Shown here: positions 18,885 through 28,401 of the stretch, one piece after another
How the letters are laid out: each line of letters begins with the position of its first letter
Numbering within the stretch: position 1 is the stretch's first letter
Assembly (NCBI GenBank): GCA_034440375.1
Contig: JAWXBZ010000085.1
Location: 1 to 41,448, forward strand
DNA from: Candidatus Eiseniibacteriota bacterium
GTDB lineage: Bacteria > Eisenbacteria > RBG-16-71-46 > JABDJR01 > JAWXBZ01
Direction: 5' to 3'
Length of the DNA: 41,448 bases
Notes under the pieces: generated by a model
What the model was told of the DNA's origin: nothing
What the model saw: the letters and a program-made list of their open reading frames with translations, nothing else
The model's database searches: none
Program-made: the position numbers and the translations under genes

Positions 18885-20033
18885 ATGTTCCGTTTTCAGG
18901 TCGAGGCGGTCGATACGCACAGCCGCGCCCGCCTTGGCGCGTTCCAGAATGCCCGCGGCCGGGTCGAAACGCCGGTCTTCATGCCGGTCGGCACACAGGC
19001 CAGCGTCAAGACACTGTCGGCCGAGGACCTCGAAACCAGCGGCGCCGACATCATCCTGGCCAACACCTACCACCTCTACCTGCGCCCGGGTCACTCACTC
19101 ATTCGTGGGATGGGGGGGCTCCACGGCTTCACCTCGTGGAATCGCCTCTTCCTGACCGACTCCGGCGGATTCCAGGTGTACAGCCTGGCCGAGCTCAACA
19201 AGATCACCGACGATGGCGTCCGCTTTCGAAGCCACCTCGATGGCTCCTCGCACGAATTCACGCCCGAACTGTCGATGGCCATCCAGACCGATCTGGGCAG
19301 CGATGTCGTCATGGTCTTTGATCAGTGCACCACCTGGCCCTGCACGCCCGAGGAATCCCGGGTGGCCCTCGATCGCACCACCCGCTGGGCAGAGAGGTCC
19401 CGCCGGGCCTTCGACGAACGGGATGCGATCACCGGCAGCGATCAGGCCCTCTTCGGCATCGTGCAGGGAAGCGTCTTTCCCGACCAGCGCCGGCAATCGC
19501 TCGAGGAACTGATGGCCATCGGTTTCGACGGCTACGCCATCGGTGGCCTGGCCGTCGGCGAACCGAAGTCGGCCATGTGGGAAACGATCGAGGCACTCGA
19601 ACCGCATCTGCCGGCGGATCGGCCGCGCTACCTGATGGGGGTCGGCACGCCCGAGGACCTGATCGAGGGGGTCCGGCGCGGTATCGACATGTTCGATTGC
19701 GTCCTGCCTACACGAAATGCCCGAAAGGGCACCGTCTTCACGCGCGATGGTCGGCTGGTGGTCAAGAATGCCGCCTACGCGCGGGATGAGAGACCGCTCG
19801 ATTCCGATTGCAACTGCCCCACCTGCCTCAGGTACAGCCGGGGCTACCTCCGGCATCTCTTCGCCACGGGGGAACTGCTGGGCCCTCGGCTCGCCAGCCT
19901 CCATAGCGTATACTTCTACCTGGCCCTCATGACCGAACTGCGTGCCTCACTCCGCGAGGGTCGATTCGATTCGTGGAGCCGCAATTTCCTGGCCCGCTAT
20001 CGAAATATTGAACCGTCCCCGTCAACTCCATAA
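18885..20033 (+). CDS. tgt: tRNA-guanine(34) transglycosylase Tgt
   Basis: TPVFMPVGT, NTYHL, TDSGGFQV, GIVQG, IGGLAVGE, RYLMGVG, DCVLPTR, C-x-C-x2-C...H zinc site. Confidence 0.97.
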   Translation: MFRFQVEAVDTHSRARLGAFQNARGRVETPVFMPVGTQASVKTLSAEDLETSGADIILANTYHLYLRPGHSLIRGMGGLHGFTSWNRLFLTDSGGFQVYSLAELNKITDDGVRFRSHLDGSSHEFTPELSMAIQTDLGSDVVMVFDQCTTWPCTPEESRVALDRTTRWAERSRRAFDERDAITGSDQALFGIVQGSVFPDQRRQSLEELMAIGFDGYAIGGLAVGEPKSAMWETIEALEPHLPADRPRYLMGVGTPEDLIEGVRRGIDMFDCVLPTRNARKGTVFTRDGRLVVKNAAYARDERPLDSDCNCPTCLRYSRGYLRHLFATGELLGPRLASLHSVYFYLALMTELRASLREGRFDSWSRNFLARYRNIEPSPSTP

Positions 20034-20056
20034 CCCCTTTCGGAGGTCCGAACGCG

Positions 20057-20413
20057 ATGTTGCTGCCGGCCACGCTTGCCGCACTGCCCCCCATGACTCT
20101 GCCGCCCCTCATGGCGCCGTCCACCGGTGCGGAGGGCGGCAATCCGCTCCTGTCATTGCTGCCGATGCTTCTTATCTTTGTCATTTTCTATTTCCTGCTG
20201 ATCCGCCCCCAGCAAAAGCAGGCGAAGAAGCATTCGGAGATGTTGAAGAATGTAAAAAAGGGGGATCGGGTGATCACCTCCGGCGGCGTTTACGGCCGCG
20301 TCGTGGGCGTTGGTGACAACGACCTGACGCTTCAAATCGCAAAGGACGTCGAAGTGCAGCTCCAGAAGGGGGCCATCACCTCGGTGGTCACGACCGAGGA
20401 CAGCAAGTCCTGA
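20057..20413 (+). CDS. yajC: Preprotein translocase subunit YajC
   Basis: FYFLLIRPQQK...KKGDRVITSGG; follows tgt. Confidence 0.95.
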   Translation: MLLPATLAALPPMTLPPLMAPSTGAEGGNPLLSLLPMLLIFVIFYFLLIRPQQKQAKKHSEMLKNVKKGDRVITSGGVYGRVVGVGDNDLTLQIAKDVEVQLQKGAITSVVTTEDSKS

Positions 20414-20415
20414 CG

Positions 20416-20934
20416 ATGCCGTCCGAGGAACTTGCGCTTCGCTTTTATGGTGATCCAGTCCTGCGCCGCAAAGCCAGCGACGTCGACACCTTTGATGCGT
20501 CGCTCGCGAAGCGGGCCGAAACGATGTTCGAGATCATGTACGAGCACGACGGTATCGGCCTGGCCGGAAATCAGGTGGGTCTGCTGTCGCGGTTGATCGT
20601 TCTGGATGTCAGCCTCGACGACGACCATCGCGTTCGAATGGCGTTGTGCAATCCGCGCATCCTGGCCAGGAAAGGGGAGGATGTGGCCGAGGAAGGTTGC
20701 CTGTCGATTCCGGACGTCCGGTCCGACGTCAGCCGGGCGGACATTCTCACCGTCGAGGCCGAAGGGCTGGACGGCAAGACGATCCGGTTCGAGGCGGAGG
20801 GTCTTCTGGCCCGCGCCATTCAGCACGAAATCGATCATCTCGACGGCGTTCTGTTCATTGACCGTCTTTCGGCCACGCGTCGAAAGTTGCTCGAAGGGCG
20901 TCTCCGGGAGATCGCCCGGGAGCACTCGATCTGA
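20416..20934 (+). CDS. def: Peptide deformylase
   Basis: GIGLA-x-NQVG, EGCLS, QHEIDHLDG. Confidence 0.97.
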   Translation: MPSEELALRFYGDPVLRRKASDVDTFDASLAKRAETMFEIMYEHDGIGLAGNQVGLLSRLIVLDVSLDDDHRVRMALCNPRILARKGEDVAEEGCLSIPDVRSDVSRADILTVEAEGLDGKTIRFEAEGLLARAIQHEIDHLDGVLFIDRLSATRRKLLEGRLREIAREHSI

Positions 20935-20976
20935 CGGGCCCGGTGCCCGTTCGAATCGAGTCGGAAAGACGGACGC

Positions 20977-21966
20977 ATGCGCGTGGTATTCATGGGGACG
21001 CCCGATTTTTCGGTCCCCTGCCTGATCGCCCTGGTCAACGCCGGGCACGAGGTGTCGCTGGTCGTCACCCAGCCCGACCGGCCAAAGGGGCGCGGACGGC
21101 AGCTCGCCCCGACGCCCGTCAAGTCGGCGGCGATCGAACGACAACTGAACGTTTTTCAACCGGAGCGTCCCAACCGGCCGGAGGCGGTCGCCGAGATTGC
21201 GGCGGCACGGCCGGATGTTCTGGTCGTGGTGGCGTATGGAGCCATACTCAGGGGGACACTCCTCTGCCTGGCACCGATGGGAGCCATTAACGTGCATGCC
21301 AGCATTCTTCCGCGTTACCGCGGCATGAGCCCGATTCACCGGGCCATCCTCGACGGTGATGAGATGACGGGCGTCACGACAATGCACATGGATGAAGGAG
21401 TGGACACGGGCGACATGATTCTGAACCTGACAACGGCCATCGGCCCGGATGAAACGACCGGTGCGCTGCACGACCGGCTGTCGGAAATGGGCGCGCGCCT
21501 CCTCATCCAGACGCTGGCTGCGATCGAAAACGGCACCGCACCGCGCACGCCCCAGCCCGCCCTCGGGGCCACCTACGCCGGTCGCATCGACAAGGCTCAG
21601 GGGGCCATCGACTGGACCCGCCCGGCGCACGAAATTCACAACCGCATCCGCGCGATGACGCCCGCTCCCGGCGCCACCGGCATCCTGAACGACCAGCCGA
21701 TCCACCTGTCGGCAAGCCGGCTGGTGGGGGATGACATCGCCGCGGCCGGCACTTCCGGCACCATCTTCGCCATCACGCGCGAGGCCATCCGCGTGGCCAC
21801 CGGCAAAGGCGCCATTGATATCCACGAAATCCGGCCCGCCGGCGGCAAGACCATGTCCGGCGCCGATTACACCCGCGGCCGCGGCATCGCGCCCGGCAGC
21901 TGCTTCCAGGCCACGCCACCCGCGGTCCCCCGCAACTCCGATGCACCCGGCAAGGACCCGTCATGA
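20977..21966 (+). CDS. fmt: Methionyl-tRNA formyltransferase
   Basis: FMGTPDF, TQPDRPKGRG, NVHASILPRYRG, DEGVDTGD. Confidence 0.97.
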   Translation: MRVVFMGTPDFSVPCLIALVNAGHEVSLVVTQPDRPKGRGRQLAPTPVKSAAIERQLNVFQPERPNRPEAVAEIAAARPDVLVVVAYGAILRGTLLCLAPMGAINVHASILPRYRGMSPIHRAILDGDEMTGVTTMHMDEGVDTGDMILNLTTAIGPDETTGALHDRLSEMGARLLIQTLAAIENGTAPRTPQPALGATYAGRIDKAQGAIDWTRPAHEIHNRIRAMTPAPGATGILNDQPIHLSASRLVGDDIAAAGTSGTIFAITREAIRVATGKGAIDIHEIRPAGGKTMSGADYTRGRGIAPGSCFQATPPAVPRNSDAPGKDPS

Positions 21967-23339
21967 ACAATCCCCGCCCCCGCCCCTCGCGCAAGCGCCG
22001 CGAGCCGATCCCGAAATCCCCGCGCGAAGTGGCGCTCGAGGCGCTGTACGCGGTGGATCGCCGGCACGCCTTCAGCGATCGCCTGCTGCACAAACTCCTG
22101 CGCGATCACCCGATGGACCCGCGCGATGCGGCCATGGTCACCAACATCGTCCGCGGCACGCTCCGCTGGCAGGGGCGGATCGACGGCCTCCTGAACCACT
22201 TCATCAAGATCGGCCTGGATGCGCTGCCGCCGATGATCCAGAACATCCTGCGCATGGGCGTTTTCCAGATGCTCTACATGGATCGTATCCCGCCCAGCGC
22301 GGCGGTGGATGAAAGCGTCAAGCTGGCCAAGAAGTTCGGCCACCCCGGAACCGCGGGGCTCGTCAACGCCGTCCTGCGCAAGATGGTGGTGGAAAAGGAC
22401 AATCTTCCCGAGCCGCGACTTGGCGACAATCCGGCACCGGCGCTGGCCACCATCTATTCCCACCCGGAGTGGATGGTCTCCCGCTGGCTCCGGCGTTTTG
22501 GCCTGGACGAAACGCGGGAGCTGCTCGATGCCAACAACACGCCGCCACCGGTCACGATAAGGGTCAACCCGAATCGCACCACGCGGGATGAGTTCCTGAA
22601 GCGCCTGCACGACATGGATCTCACCGCCGAAATCGGCGAGCATCACGCCAACACGATCCGGGTCAACGGTGATTTCGCCCCGGCCTCCGTGTCCAGCTTT
22701 CACGAAGGGCTGTTCACGGTGCAGGACGAAAGCGAGAGCATGGTCGTCGACCTGCTCGGTCCTAAGCCGGGGGAACTGGTCGTCGATCTCTGCGCGGCTC
22801 CCGGCGGCAAGACCAGCCAGATTTCCGAACTGGTGGGCAAGAAAGGCCTCGTCATCGCCGTGGAAGGGCAGAAGGGGCGACTGAAGCCGCTGTGCGAAAA
22901 CCAGACCCGAATGGCGCTGACCAACGCGGCGCTGGTTCTGGCCGACGGCCGCAACCTGGTCCTGAATAAGCCGGTCGACCGGGTCCTGGTCGATGCCCCC
23001 TGTTCGGGCCTCGGCGTCCTGGCCAAGAGGGCCGATGCCCGCTGGCGGAAGACGGAAGCCAGCGTCCGCTCGATAGCCGTGCTGCAGGCCGAGCTCCTCA
23101 AGGCGGGCGCGGCGCTGGTTCGCCCGGGCGGCGTCCTCGTTTATAGTGTCTGTTCCATGGAGCCGGAAGAGGGTGACCAGCAGATCAAGCGTTTCCTGGC
23201 CGAGCATCCCGATTGGCAGCTTGATGACGCGGCCGCGCATCTCCCGGCCGTCATGGTCACCGATGGCATGATGCTCATCCTGCCGCACCGCCACAAAATG
23301 GACGGTGCCTTCGCCGCACGGCTGCTCCGAAAGGCCTAA
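21963..23339 (+). CDS. rsmB: 16S rRNA m5C967 methyltransferase RsmB
   Basis: NusB-like N-terminus, YSHPEW, VQDE, DLCAAPGGKT, DAPCSGLG, YSVCS, DGAFAA. Confidence 0.95.
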   Translation: MNNPRPRPSRKRREPIPKSPREVALEALYAVDRRHAFSDRLLHKLLRDHPMDPRDAAMVTNIVRGTLRWQGRIDGLLNHFIKIGLDALPPMIQNILRMGVFQMLYMDRIPPSAAVDESVKLAKKFGHPGTAGLVNAVLRKMVVEKDNLPEPRLGDNPAPALATIYSHPEWMVSRWLRRFGLDETRELLDANNTPPPVTIRVNPNRTTRDEFLKRLHDMDLTAEIGEHHANTIRVNGDFAPASVSSFHEGLFTVQDESESMVVDLLGPKPGELVVDLCAAPGGKTSQISELVGKKGLVIAVEGQKGRLKPLCENQTRMALTNAALVLADGRNLVLNKPVDRVLVDAPCSGLGVLAKRADARWRKTEASVRSIAVLQAELLKAGAALVRPGGVLVYSVCSMEPEEGDQQIKRFLAEHPDWQLDDAAAHLPAVMVTDGMMLILPHRHKMDGAFAARLLRKA

Positions 23340-24086
23340 ATGGCAGCGCGGTCGAGCATCCCTCGTGGAGCCAGAGTGATCCAGCTCGGAATGATCCTGC
23401 TGGCGGCGTTCCTCGGGGTGATCCTCCTCTTCAATGTGGTCGTCATGCCGGCCTTCGTCCAGAAGGGAAACGAGCGAACGGTGCCGGACGTCAGCGGCCG
23501 GGATCTGACTACCGCCCGGGCGATGATCGCCAGTGCCGGCCTCCTCGCCGGCGAAACCCGCCAGCGCAACGATGCGCGCTCCGTCGGCACCGTCATCCGC
23601 CAGCAGCCTCCCGCCGGCCACTCCGTGAAGCAGGGGCGCCCCATCATCCTGACCGTGAGCCTGGGCGAGCCCGACCGCCAGGTGCCCACGCTGGCCGCCG
23701 AATCAATCCGAAACGCCGAGCTGGCCCTGGGCGATGTCGATCTGGTACTGGGCAATGTCACCACCGCCCCCGCCGACAACGTGCCGGCGGACCTGGTCGT
23801 GGCCAGTCAGCCAGCCGCCGGCACCAAGCTCAAGATGGGAAGCCCCGTGGATATCCTGGTATCCGGTGGATCCAGCAGCCGCAACACGGGCTACCGGATG
23901 CCGGACCTGCGTGGCCGCGAAACCCGCGATACCCGCGATCGGCTGCTCGACGCCGGCCTCCAGGTCAACGTGGATGAAAAGAGCTTCGGTTTTTTCCGGG
24001 TCGGCGAGACGCACATCACCGAACAGGAGCCACTCCCCGGAAGTCGCGTCATGCCCTGGGATACCATCTATCTAAAAGGGGAGTAG
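23340..24086 (+). CDS. Membrane-anchored PASTA domain protein (three repeats)
   Basis: N-terminal TM; VPDVSG...VIRQQPPAG, VPTL...VASQPAAG, MPDLRG...EQEPLPG. Confidence 0.88.
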   Translation: MAARSSIPRGARVIQLGMILLAAFLGVILLFNVVVMPAFVQKGNERTVPDVSGRDLTTARAMIASAGLLAGETRQRNDARSVGTVIRQQPPAGHSVKQGRPIILTVSLGEPDRQVPTLAAESIRNAELALGDVDLVLGNVTTAPADNVPADLVVASQPAAGTKLKMGSPVDILVSGGSSSRNTGYRMPDLRGRETRDTRDRLLDAGLQVNVDEKSFGFFRVGETHITEQEPLPGSRVMPWDTIYLKGE

Positions 24087-24092
24087 CCCCGG

Positions 24093-24815
24093 ATGACCGA
24101 CAAGATCCAGATAGCCCCCAGCATTCTCTCCGCCGATTTCACCCGCCTGGCAGAGGACATCCGCCTGATGGAAACCGCCGGCGCCGACCTGCTCCATCTG
24201 GATGTGATGGACGGCCACTTCGTCCCCAACATCACATTCGGCCCACTGGTAGTGGAAGCCATCAACCGGATGACCAACCTGTTCCTGGATGTTCACCTCA
24301 TGATCCAGGACCCGGCCCAGTACGCAGAAGCTTTCATCAGGGCCGGTGCCGACCGACTTATGGTCCATATCGAAGTCATGGATGACCCAAAACCCTTGCT
24401 GGACCAGATCCGCGCCCACGGATGCCAGGCCGGCCTGGTATTGAACCCCGAGACACCGTTCGAGGCCGTCGAGCCACACCTGGCCAACATCGATTGCCTG
24501 CTGGTAATGAGCGTCCACCCCGGCTTCGGCGGCCAAAAATTCAAACCCGAAGTACTGGACAAGGCGCGGCGAGCGAAAGCAATGCGAGAAATGAACGGAT
24601 GGGCCTGGCCCATCGAAATCGACGGCGGCATCGACGCCCAAACCGCCAAGCAAGCCGTCCAATCCGGTGTCCAGATCCTGGTAGCCGGCAACGCCATCTT
24701 CAAATCCAAAAATCCAACCGAAGCCCTGAAGCAAATAAGGGAATCCGCGGAACTAGCCGCCACCCAGACCAGTTCAACGCGAGCCGAAATCCGAACCGAC
24801 GAAGGCTTCCTGTAG
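24093..24815 (+). CDS. rpe: Ribulose-phosphate 3-epimerase
   Basis: IAPSILSADF, HLDVMDGHFVPNITFG, DVHLMI, MSVHPGFGGQKF, IEIDGG. Confidence 0.97.
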   Translation: MTDKIQIAPSILSADFTRLAEDIRLMETAGADLLHLDVMDGHFVPNITFGPLVVEAINRMTNLFLDVHLMIQDPAQYAEAFIRAGADRLMVHIEVMDDPKPLLDQIRAHGCQAGLVLNPETPFEAVEPHLANIDCLLVMSVHPGFGGQKFKPEVLDKARRAKAMREMNGWAWPIEIDGGIDAQTAKQAVQSGVQILVAGNAIFKSKNPTEALKQIRESAELAATQTSSTRAEIRTDEGFL

Positions 24816-24843
24816 GTCAGCCGCCACCCAAGGGATACCCGCC

Positions 24844-25452
24844 ATGCCAGCTCCGCCCAAACTCCGAGCCGCAATCCTCACCCTGGCCGCCACCGCCGCC
24901 GTAGCCCTGACCCTCCACTCCACCCCATCCGATTCCCAACAATACATTTACGCCAACGGCGACTCCCTGAACCCCCGCATCCAGTACGAAGACGGCACCA
25001 TCTCCCTCAACGACCGCTGCGCCGTCCGCATGACCAAACTGGCCAAACGCATGCGCCCCGTCTACGTAAACGGCCAACCCATAGGATTTTGTTGAGGCCC
25101 ATGCCCCGCGGCTTTCGGTGAAAGCCCCGAGACGTATCTGAAGGCGCGCGGGATCGCCATTCAGGATTACTTTGATCCAAAGAAACCGGCGGTGTTGGAG
25201 GCCGATCATCGATCGTTTGTGAACTATGAGGTGTACTTCTTTGCTGACGCCGCCGCCAAAGCGCGTTTCGACACAAATCCATTGCCGCATTGCCGCCTGG
25301 TGACGGATCCTATAATCAGGACTCGATTTCAGCCGATCAGTCTTAGCCCGAAGACGACCTATGACGGGCGGACTTATTACTTCCTGACGGCGGGGAATCT
25401 GGCGACATTTGCGGCGACGCCGGATAGTTTCGCGGTGCGGAAGGGGATGTAG
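24844..25452 (+). CDS. Probable secreted triple-YHS/TRASH-domain selenoprotein (202 aa, Sec at codon 84)
   Basis: ORFs 24844-25095 and 25192-25452 are in one frame with a single TGA (25093-25095) between them; read-through gives NGQPIGFC-U-GPCPAAF, matching the YHS F-C-[CS]-x-x-C motif; two more YHS-like repeats follow; SECIS-like hairpin downstream. Confidence 0.8.
25107..25129 (+). promoter_or_regulatory. Bacterial SECIS-like hairpin
   Basis: GGCTTTC-GGT-GAAAGCC (25110-25126), extendable by two more pairs across a C-C mismatch; G-initiated apical loop 21 nt after the UGA. Confidence 0.7.
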
Positions 25453-25504
25453 CAGGCAGCAATCTCCAACGAGCAAGATCAGTCGCAGGGGCCTGTCAGG
25501 CGCC

Positions 25505-25865
25505 TGCTCTGACCCCTATTTCGTGAGACACTCGGTGTCTGCAAGTGTCTGCTGTTCGCGCCGGAACTCGGCCGGGGATTTCATCCCGAGCGAGGAGTGC
25601 GGCGCGAACGTGTTGTAGTCCCTGATCCAACCGTCGATCTGTTCCAGGATCCGCCGTGCCGAGGACAGATCCCCGCCCGCCACGTAGTCCCGCTTGAACG
25701 TGTTGACGAACGCCTCGGCCATGCCATTGGACTCGGGGCTGGCCACCGGGATCGTGATCGGCGTCAGATGGTGCCGCTCAACCTCGATGACCGTCTCCAG
25801 CGACGTGTAGATCGATTCGTTGTCGGTCAACCACTCGACCGGGATCTCCGGCTTCCCGGTTCCGA
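25505..25865 (-). mobile_element. IS3-family (IS2-like) transposase remnant with right end
   Basis: PVEWLTDN...SPESNGMAEAFVNTFKRDY...YN...PHSSLGMKSP; end sequence TGCTCTGACCCCTATTTCGTGAGACA (25505-25530) starts TG and resembles IS2-group ends; 5' part missing. Confidence 0.85.
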
Positions 25866-26123
25866 GAAAAGGTGAAGCGGGCCCGCGCGATCCGCGACAT
25901 GAATGCGTGGCCCTGGCCCATTGAAATCGACGGCGGCATCGACGCCCAAACCGCTGCAGATGCGGTCGAATCCGGCGTACAAATCCTGGTGGCCGGCAAC
26001 GCAATTTTCAATCACAAGAATCCGACTCAAGCCCTGAAAAACCTCCGGGTTTCGGCAGAAATGTCCCGCTTAAAAACCGTCGCAATGCGATCCGAGACTC
26101 GGACTGACGAGGGCTTTTCGTAG
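25866..26123 (+). pseudogene. rpe: Diverged second copy of the rpe 3' end
   Basis: Encodes WPIEIDGGIDAQTA...SGVQILVAGNAIF...KNPT...RTDEGF as in rpe; 32 nt identical (24615-24646 = 25923-25954); both copies end GTAGGTCA. Confidence 0.9.
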
Positions 26124-26390
26124 GTCACGGGGAGCCAACGGATCCGTGCGTGTACTCGGGTTCGATCGTGCGCCCAGCACGATCACGGCGATGGCGTATC
26201 GTGAGAGGGTTTGCTGGAATGAGAGGCTGCGATCGACGGTGACAAAGATGTCAAATTTGTGCTCGGCTCGCCCGAGAAGTTCACCGTTCTTCAAACTAGC
26301 CCAACCTACCTCAGGGACGGTCTTGACGTCGTAGCCGACAATCAGGTCCGCGAGGCGCCGATCGACGCACTCGTCGAGAAGCACCTTCAC
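26070..26390 (-). CDS. DUF5615 PIN-like toxin (C-terminus possibly degenerate)
   Basis: MKVLLDECV...GW-x2-LKNGELL...FDIFVTVDR; coupled to DUF433; tail overlaps the rpe remnant. Confidence 0.8.
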   Translation of the reverse strand: MKVLLDECVDRRLADLIVGYDVKTVPEVGWASLKNGELLGRAEHKFDIFVTVDRSLSFQQTLSRYAIAVIVLGARSNPSTRTDPLAPRDLRKALVSPSLGSHCDGF

Positions 26391-26599
26391 GACGCTTTTG
26401 TGATCATCCGGGCCGTTGCTTCATCGAGGAAGGCTACGACTTGAGCCTTCTCGACGGTCGGGAATCCTGCCAGGAAATCGTCAATGGTCTCGCCGCCCTC
26501 GAGATAGTCGATCAGCGCTTGCACTGGAACACGTGTGCCAGCGAAGACGGGCGTTCCGCTCAGAATGTCTGGTGAGGACGTCACGATCAGGTTTGCCAT
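26387..26599 (-). CDS. DUF433 family antitoxin
   Basis: SPDILSGTPVFAGTRVPV...YLEGGETIDDFLAGFPTV. Confidence 0.9.
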   Translation of the reverse strand: MANLIVTSSPDILSGTPVFAGTRVPVQALIDYLEGGETIDDFLAGFPTVEKAQVVAFLDEATARMITKAS

Positions 26600-26605
26600 C
26601 GTATG

Positions 26606-26635
26606 ATCTTACGCTCCTTCGCATTCGGGGCTCAA
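26606..26635 (-). promoter_or_regulatory. Sigma70-type promoter, probably leaderless, for DUF433
   Basis: Minus strand TTGAGC-18 nt-TAAGAT-6 nt-ATG. Confidence 0.5.
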
Positions 26636-26677
26636 GGTGGCCAACTTTGAAAGATCAAGTTCATGAGAGGTCATATG

Positions 26678-27619
26678 CTACAGCCGCCGCGTCCCCGACT
26701 CCGTCACATGCCGGAACACCGCCTCGAGTGTGTCGTCCGGGGCCTGGAGGCGCCAGACGGCGGCGCCGGCCGCGGCGATGATGCCGGGGAGCTCGGGATA
26801 GAGCGTGTCAGGGCCGCTTGTCAGAAACGACAGCGAGTTGGGACCGGTGATGCGGACCTCGATCGTGTCGGCGCGCGCCACGAGTACCTGGGCCAGCGGT
26901 CTCGGGTCGCCGAGGAGGTCGAGGTGCACCCGATGCGGGTGGCGATCGCGCAATGACTTCAAGAGGTCGGCCAGATGGCCGAATCCCAGCAGGCGGCCAT
27001 GAGCCAGGACGGCGACGCGGTCCGTCAGTGTTTCGATCTCCGATAGCACATGCGATGTCAGCAGCACGGTGCGGCCTTCGGCGGCCAGCCGGCGAATCAA
27101 CTCGGTCAGGTCCCGCCGGCTCGGCGGATCCACGCCCAGGAACGGTTCGTCCAGCAGGACCAACGGGGAATCTCCTGAGAGCGCCCAGCCCAACTTCAAT
27201 CGTTGGCGCATGCCGCGGCTCCACGTACCGTACGCGCGGTGGCCGTCGGCGGTCAGCCCGGCTACCTGGAGGGCTTTGTCGGCGCGTTGGTTGACTTCTG
27301 TTCCGGTGGCACCCTGGGCGGTGGCTACCAGCCGCAGGTTGTCGCGGCCTGAGAGACCATCGTGAAAATTCTCGGTGGCAGGCACGAACGCAATCCGCGA
27401 ACGGATGTCGGCGGTGGTGAAGGGATTGCCGCCCAGGACGGTGGCGGTGCCTTCGCGCGGGCGCACCAGTCCGGTGAGGACGCGCATGAGCGTGGATTTG
27501 CCGCTGCCGTTCGGGCCCACCACTCCGGTGAGTCCGGGTTCGAGTTCCAGGCAGAGGTGCGACAGGCCGACCACCTCGCCGTAGAAGACGCTGACCTGAT
27601 CGAGTTTGGCGGCGGTCAT
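26678..27619 (-). CDS. ABC transporter ATP-binding protein
   Basis: GPNGSGKST, SRGMRQR, LLDEP, SH; start ATG 27619 overlapping the upstream stop. Confidence 0.92.
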   Translation of the reverse strand: MTAAKLDQVSVFYGEVVGLSHLCLELEPGLTGVVGPNGSGKSTLMRVLTGLVRPREGTATVLGGNPFTTADIRSRIAFVPATENFHDGLSGRDNLRLVATAQGATGTEVNQRADKALQVAGLTADGHRAYGTWSRGMRQRLKLGWALSGDSPLVLLDEPFLGVDPPSRRDLTELIRRLAAEGRTVLLTSHVLSEIETLTDRVAVLAHGRLLGFGHLADLLKSLRDRHPHRVHLDLLGDPRPLAQVLVARADTIEVRITGPNSLSFLTSGPDTLYPELPGIIAAAGAAVWRLQAPDDTLEAVFRHVTESGTRRL

Positions 27620-28401
27620 GGGATCATCTCGCGGGCTACGCGCCAGCGGGTCAGCAGGAACCCTGAGATTCCCCAGGCGAACAGGATGGCGAGGTGGCCG
27701 AGGGATGGGAGCCACACCGGGTCCTTGAACATTGTGTCGACCAGGAGCCGGGCGACGTTGATCGGGCCGATGGCCCAGTCGTCACCTTTGCCGAAGACTT
27801 TGAGGACGGTGTCGGGCAGTGTCATCACGGCGAGTGAGAGTAGCAGGGCCCAGCGGCCTCGCTTGGTGGCGGCGCTGGGGCCGACGGTGGCTCCGGCCAG
27901 GGCGGCGGCGGCTCCCAGGGTCAGGAGGGCGGCCTTGCCGAGGTCGGCCAGTGAGTCGAGGGGCGCGGCTTCGGATCCGAGAATGCCCTGGCGCACTGCG
28001 ATGACCATGACAATCGGCATGAAGAGGACGATGAACACCGGCAGGAAGACGGCCAGCATTTTGCCGGCGGCGTAGAGCGTCGGGGAGACGGGTCTTACGG
28101 CGTAGAGGTAGAGCACGTCTTCGGCACGATCGCGGGAGACGGCTGGAGTGCCGAGGCCCAGCGCGGCCAGGAATACTGGGATGGTTTGGAATTGCAGCAG
28201 GAATGGCAGCGGATCCCAGCCGACGTCGGTGCCTTGCATCTGGCGGAGGAGGAGCCGGACGATCAGGACGACGGCAGCGCCGATGGGCGGGAGGAATCCC
28301 ATCACCAGGATGACTCGAAGAAATTTCCTTCGCATGGCGATACGGAACTCGCGCTGCGCGATGGTGCTGATGACGTGGATGCTGGATGGAATGCCGGTCA
28401 C
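27616..28401 (-). CDS. ABC-2 type transporter permease
   Basis: About six TM segments; SRDR...LYLYAVRPVS...YAAGK. Confidence 0.8.
   Translation of the reverse strand: MTGIPSSIHVISTIAQREFRIAMRRKFLRVILVMGFLPPIGAAVVLIVRLLLRQMQGTDVGWDPLPFLLQFQTIPVFLAALGLGTPAVSRDRAEDVLYLYAVRPVSPTLYAAGKMLAVFLPVFIVLFMPIVMVIAVRQGILGSEAAPLDSLADLGKAALLTLGAAAALAGATVGPSAATKRGRWALLLSLAVMTLPDTVLKVFGKGDDWAIGPINVARLLVDTMFKDPVWLPSLGHLAILFAWGISGFLLTRWRVAREMIP

Noticed and set aside
23340-24086. PASTA protein without a kinase domain between rsmB and rpe
   Set aside because: A known arrangement in several diderm phyla; not unusual.
25093-25095. UGA as plain stop, nonsense mutation or genome-wide UGA recoding
   Set aside because: Many genes here end in TGA, so no general recoding. 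A Cys-equivalent position plus the hairpin favour Sec over pseudogenisation, though this is not proven.
25516-26004. 162-aa ORF as an intact transposase
   Set aside because: Its first ~45 codons are antisense of the rpe remnant; only the C-terminal integrase core is real.
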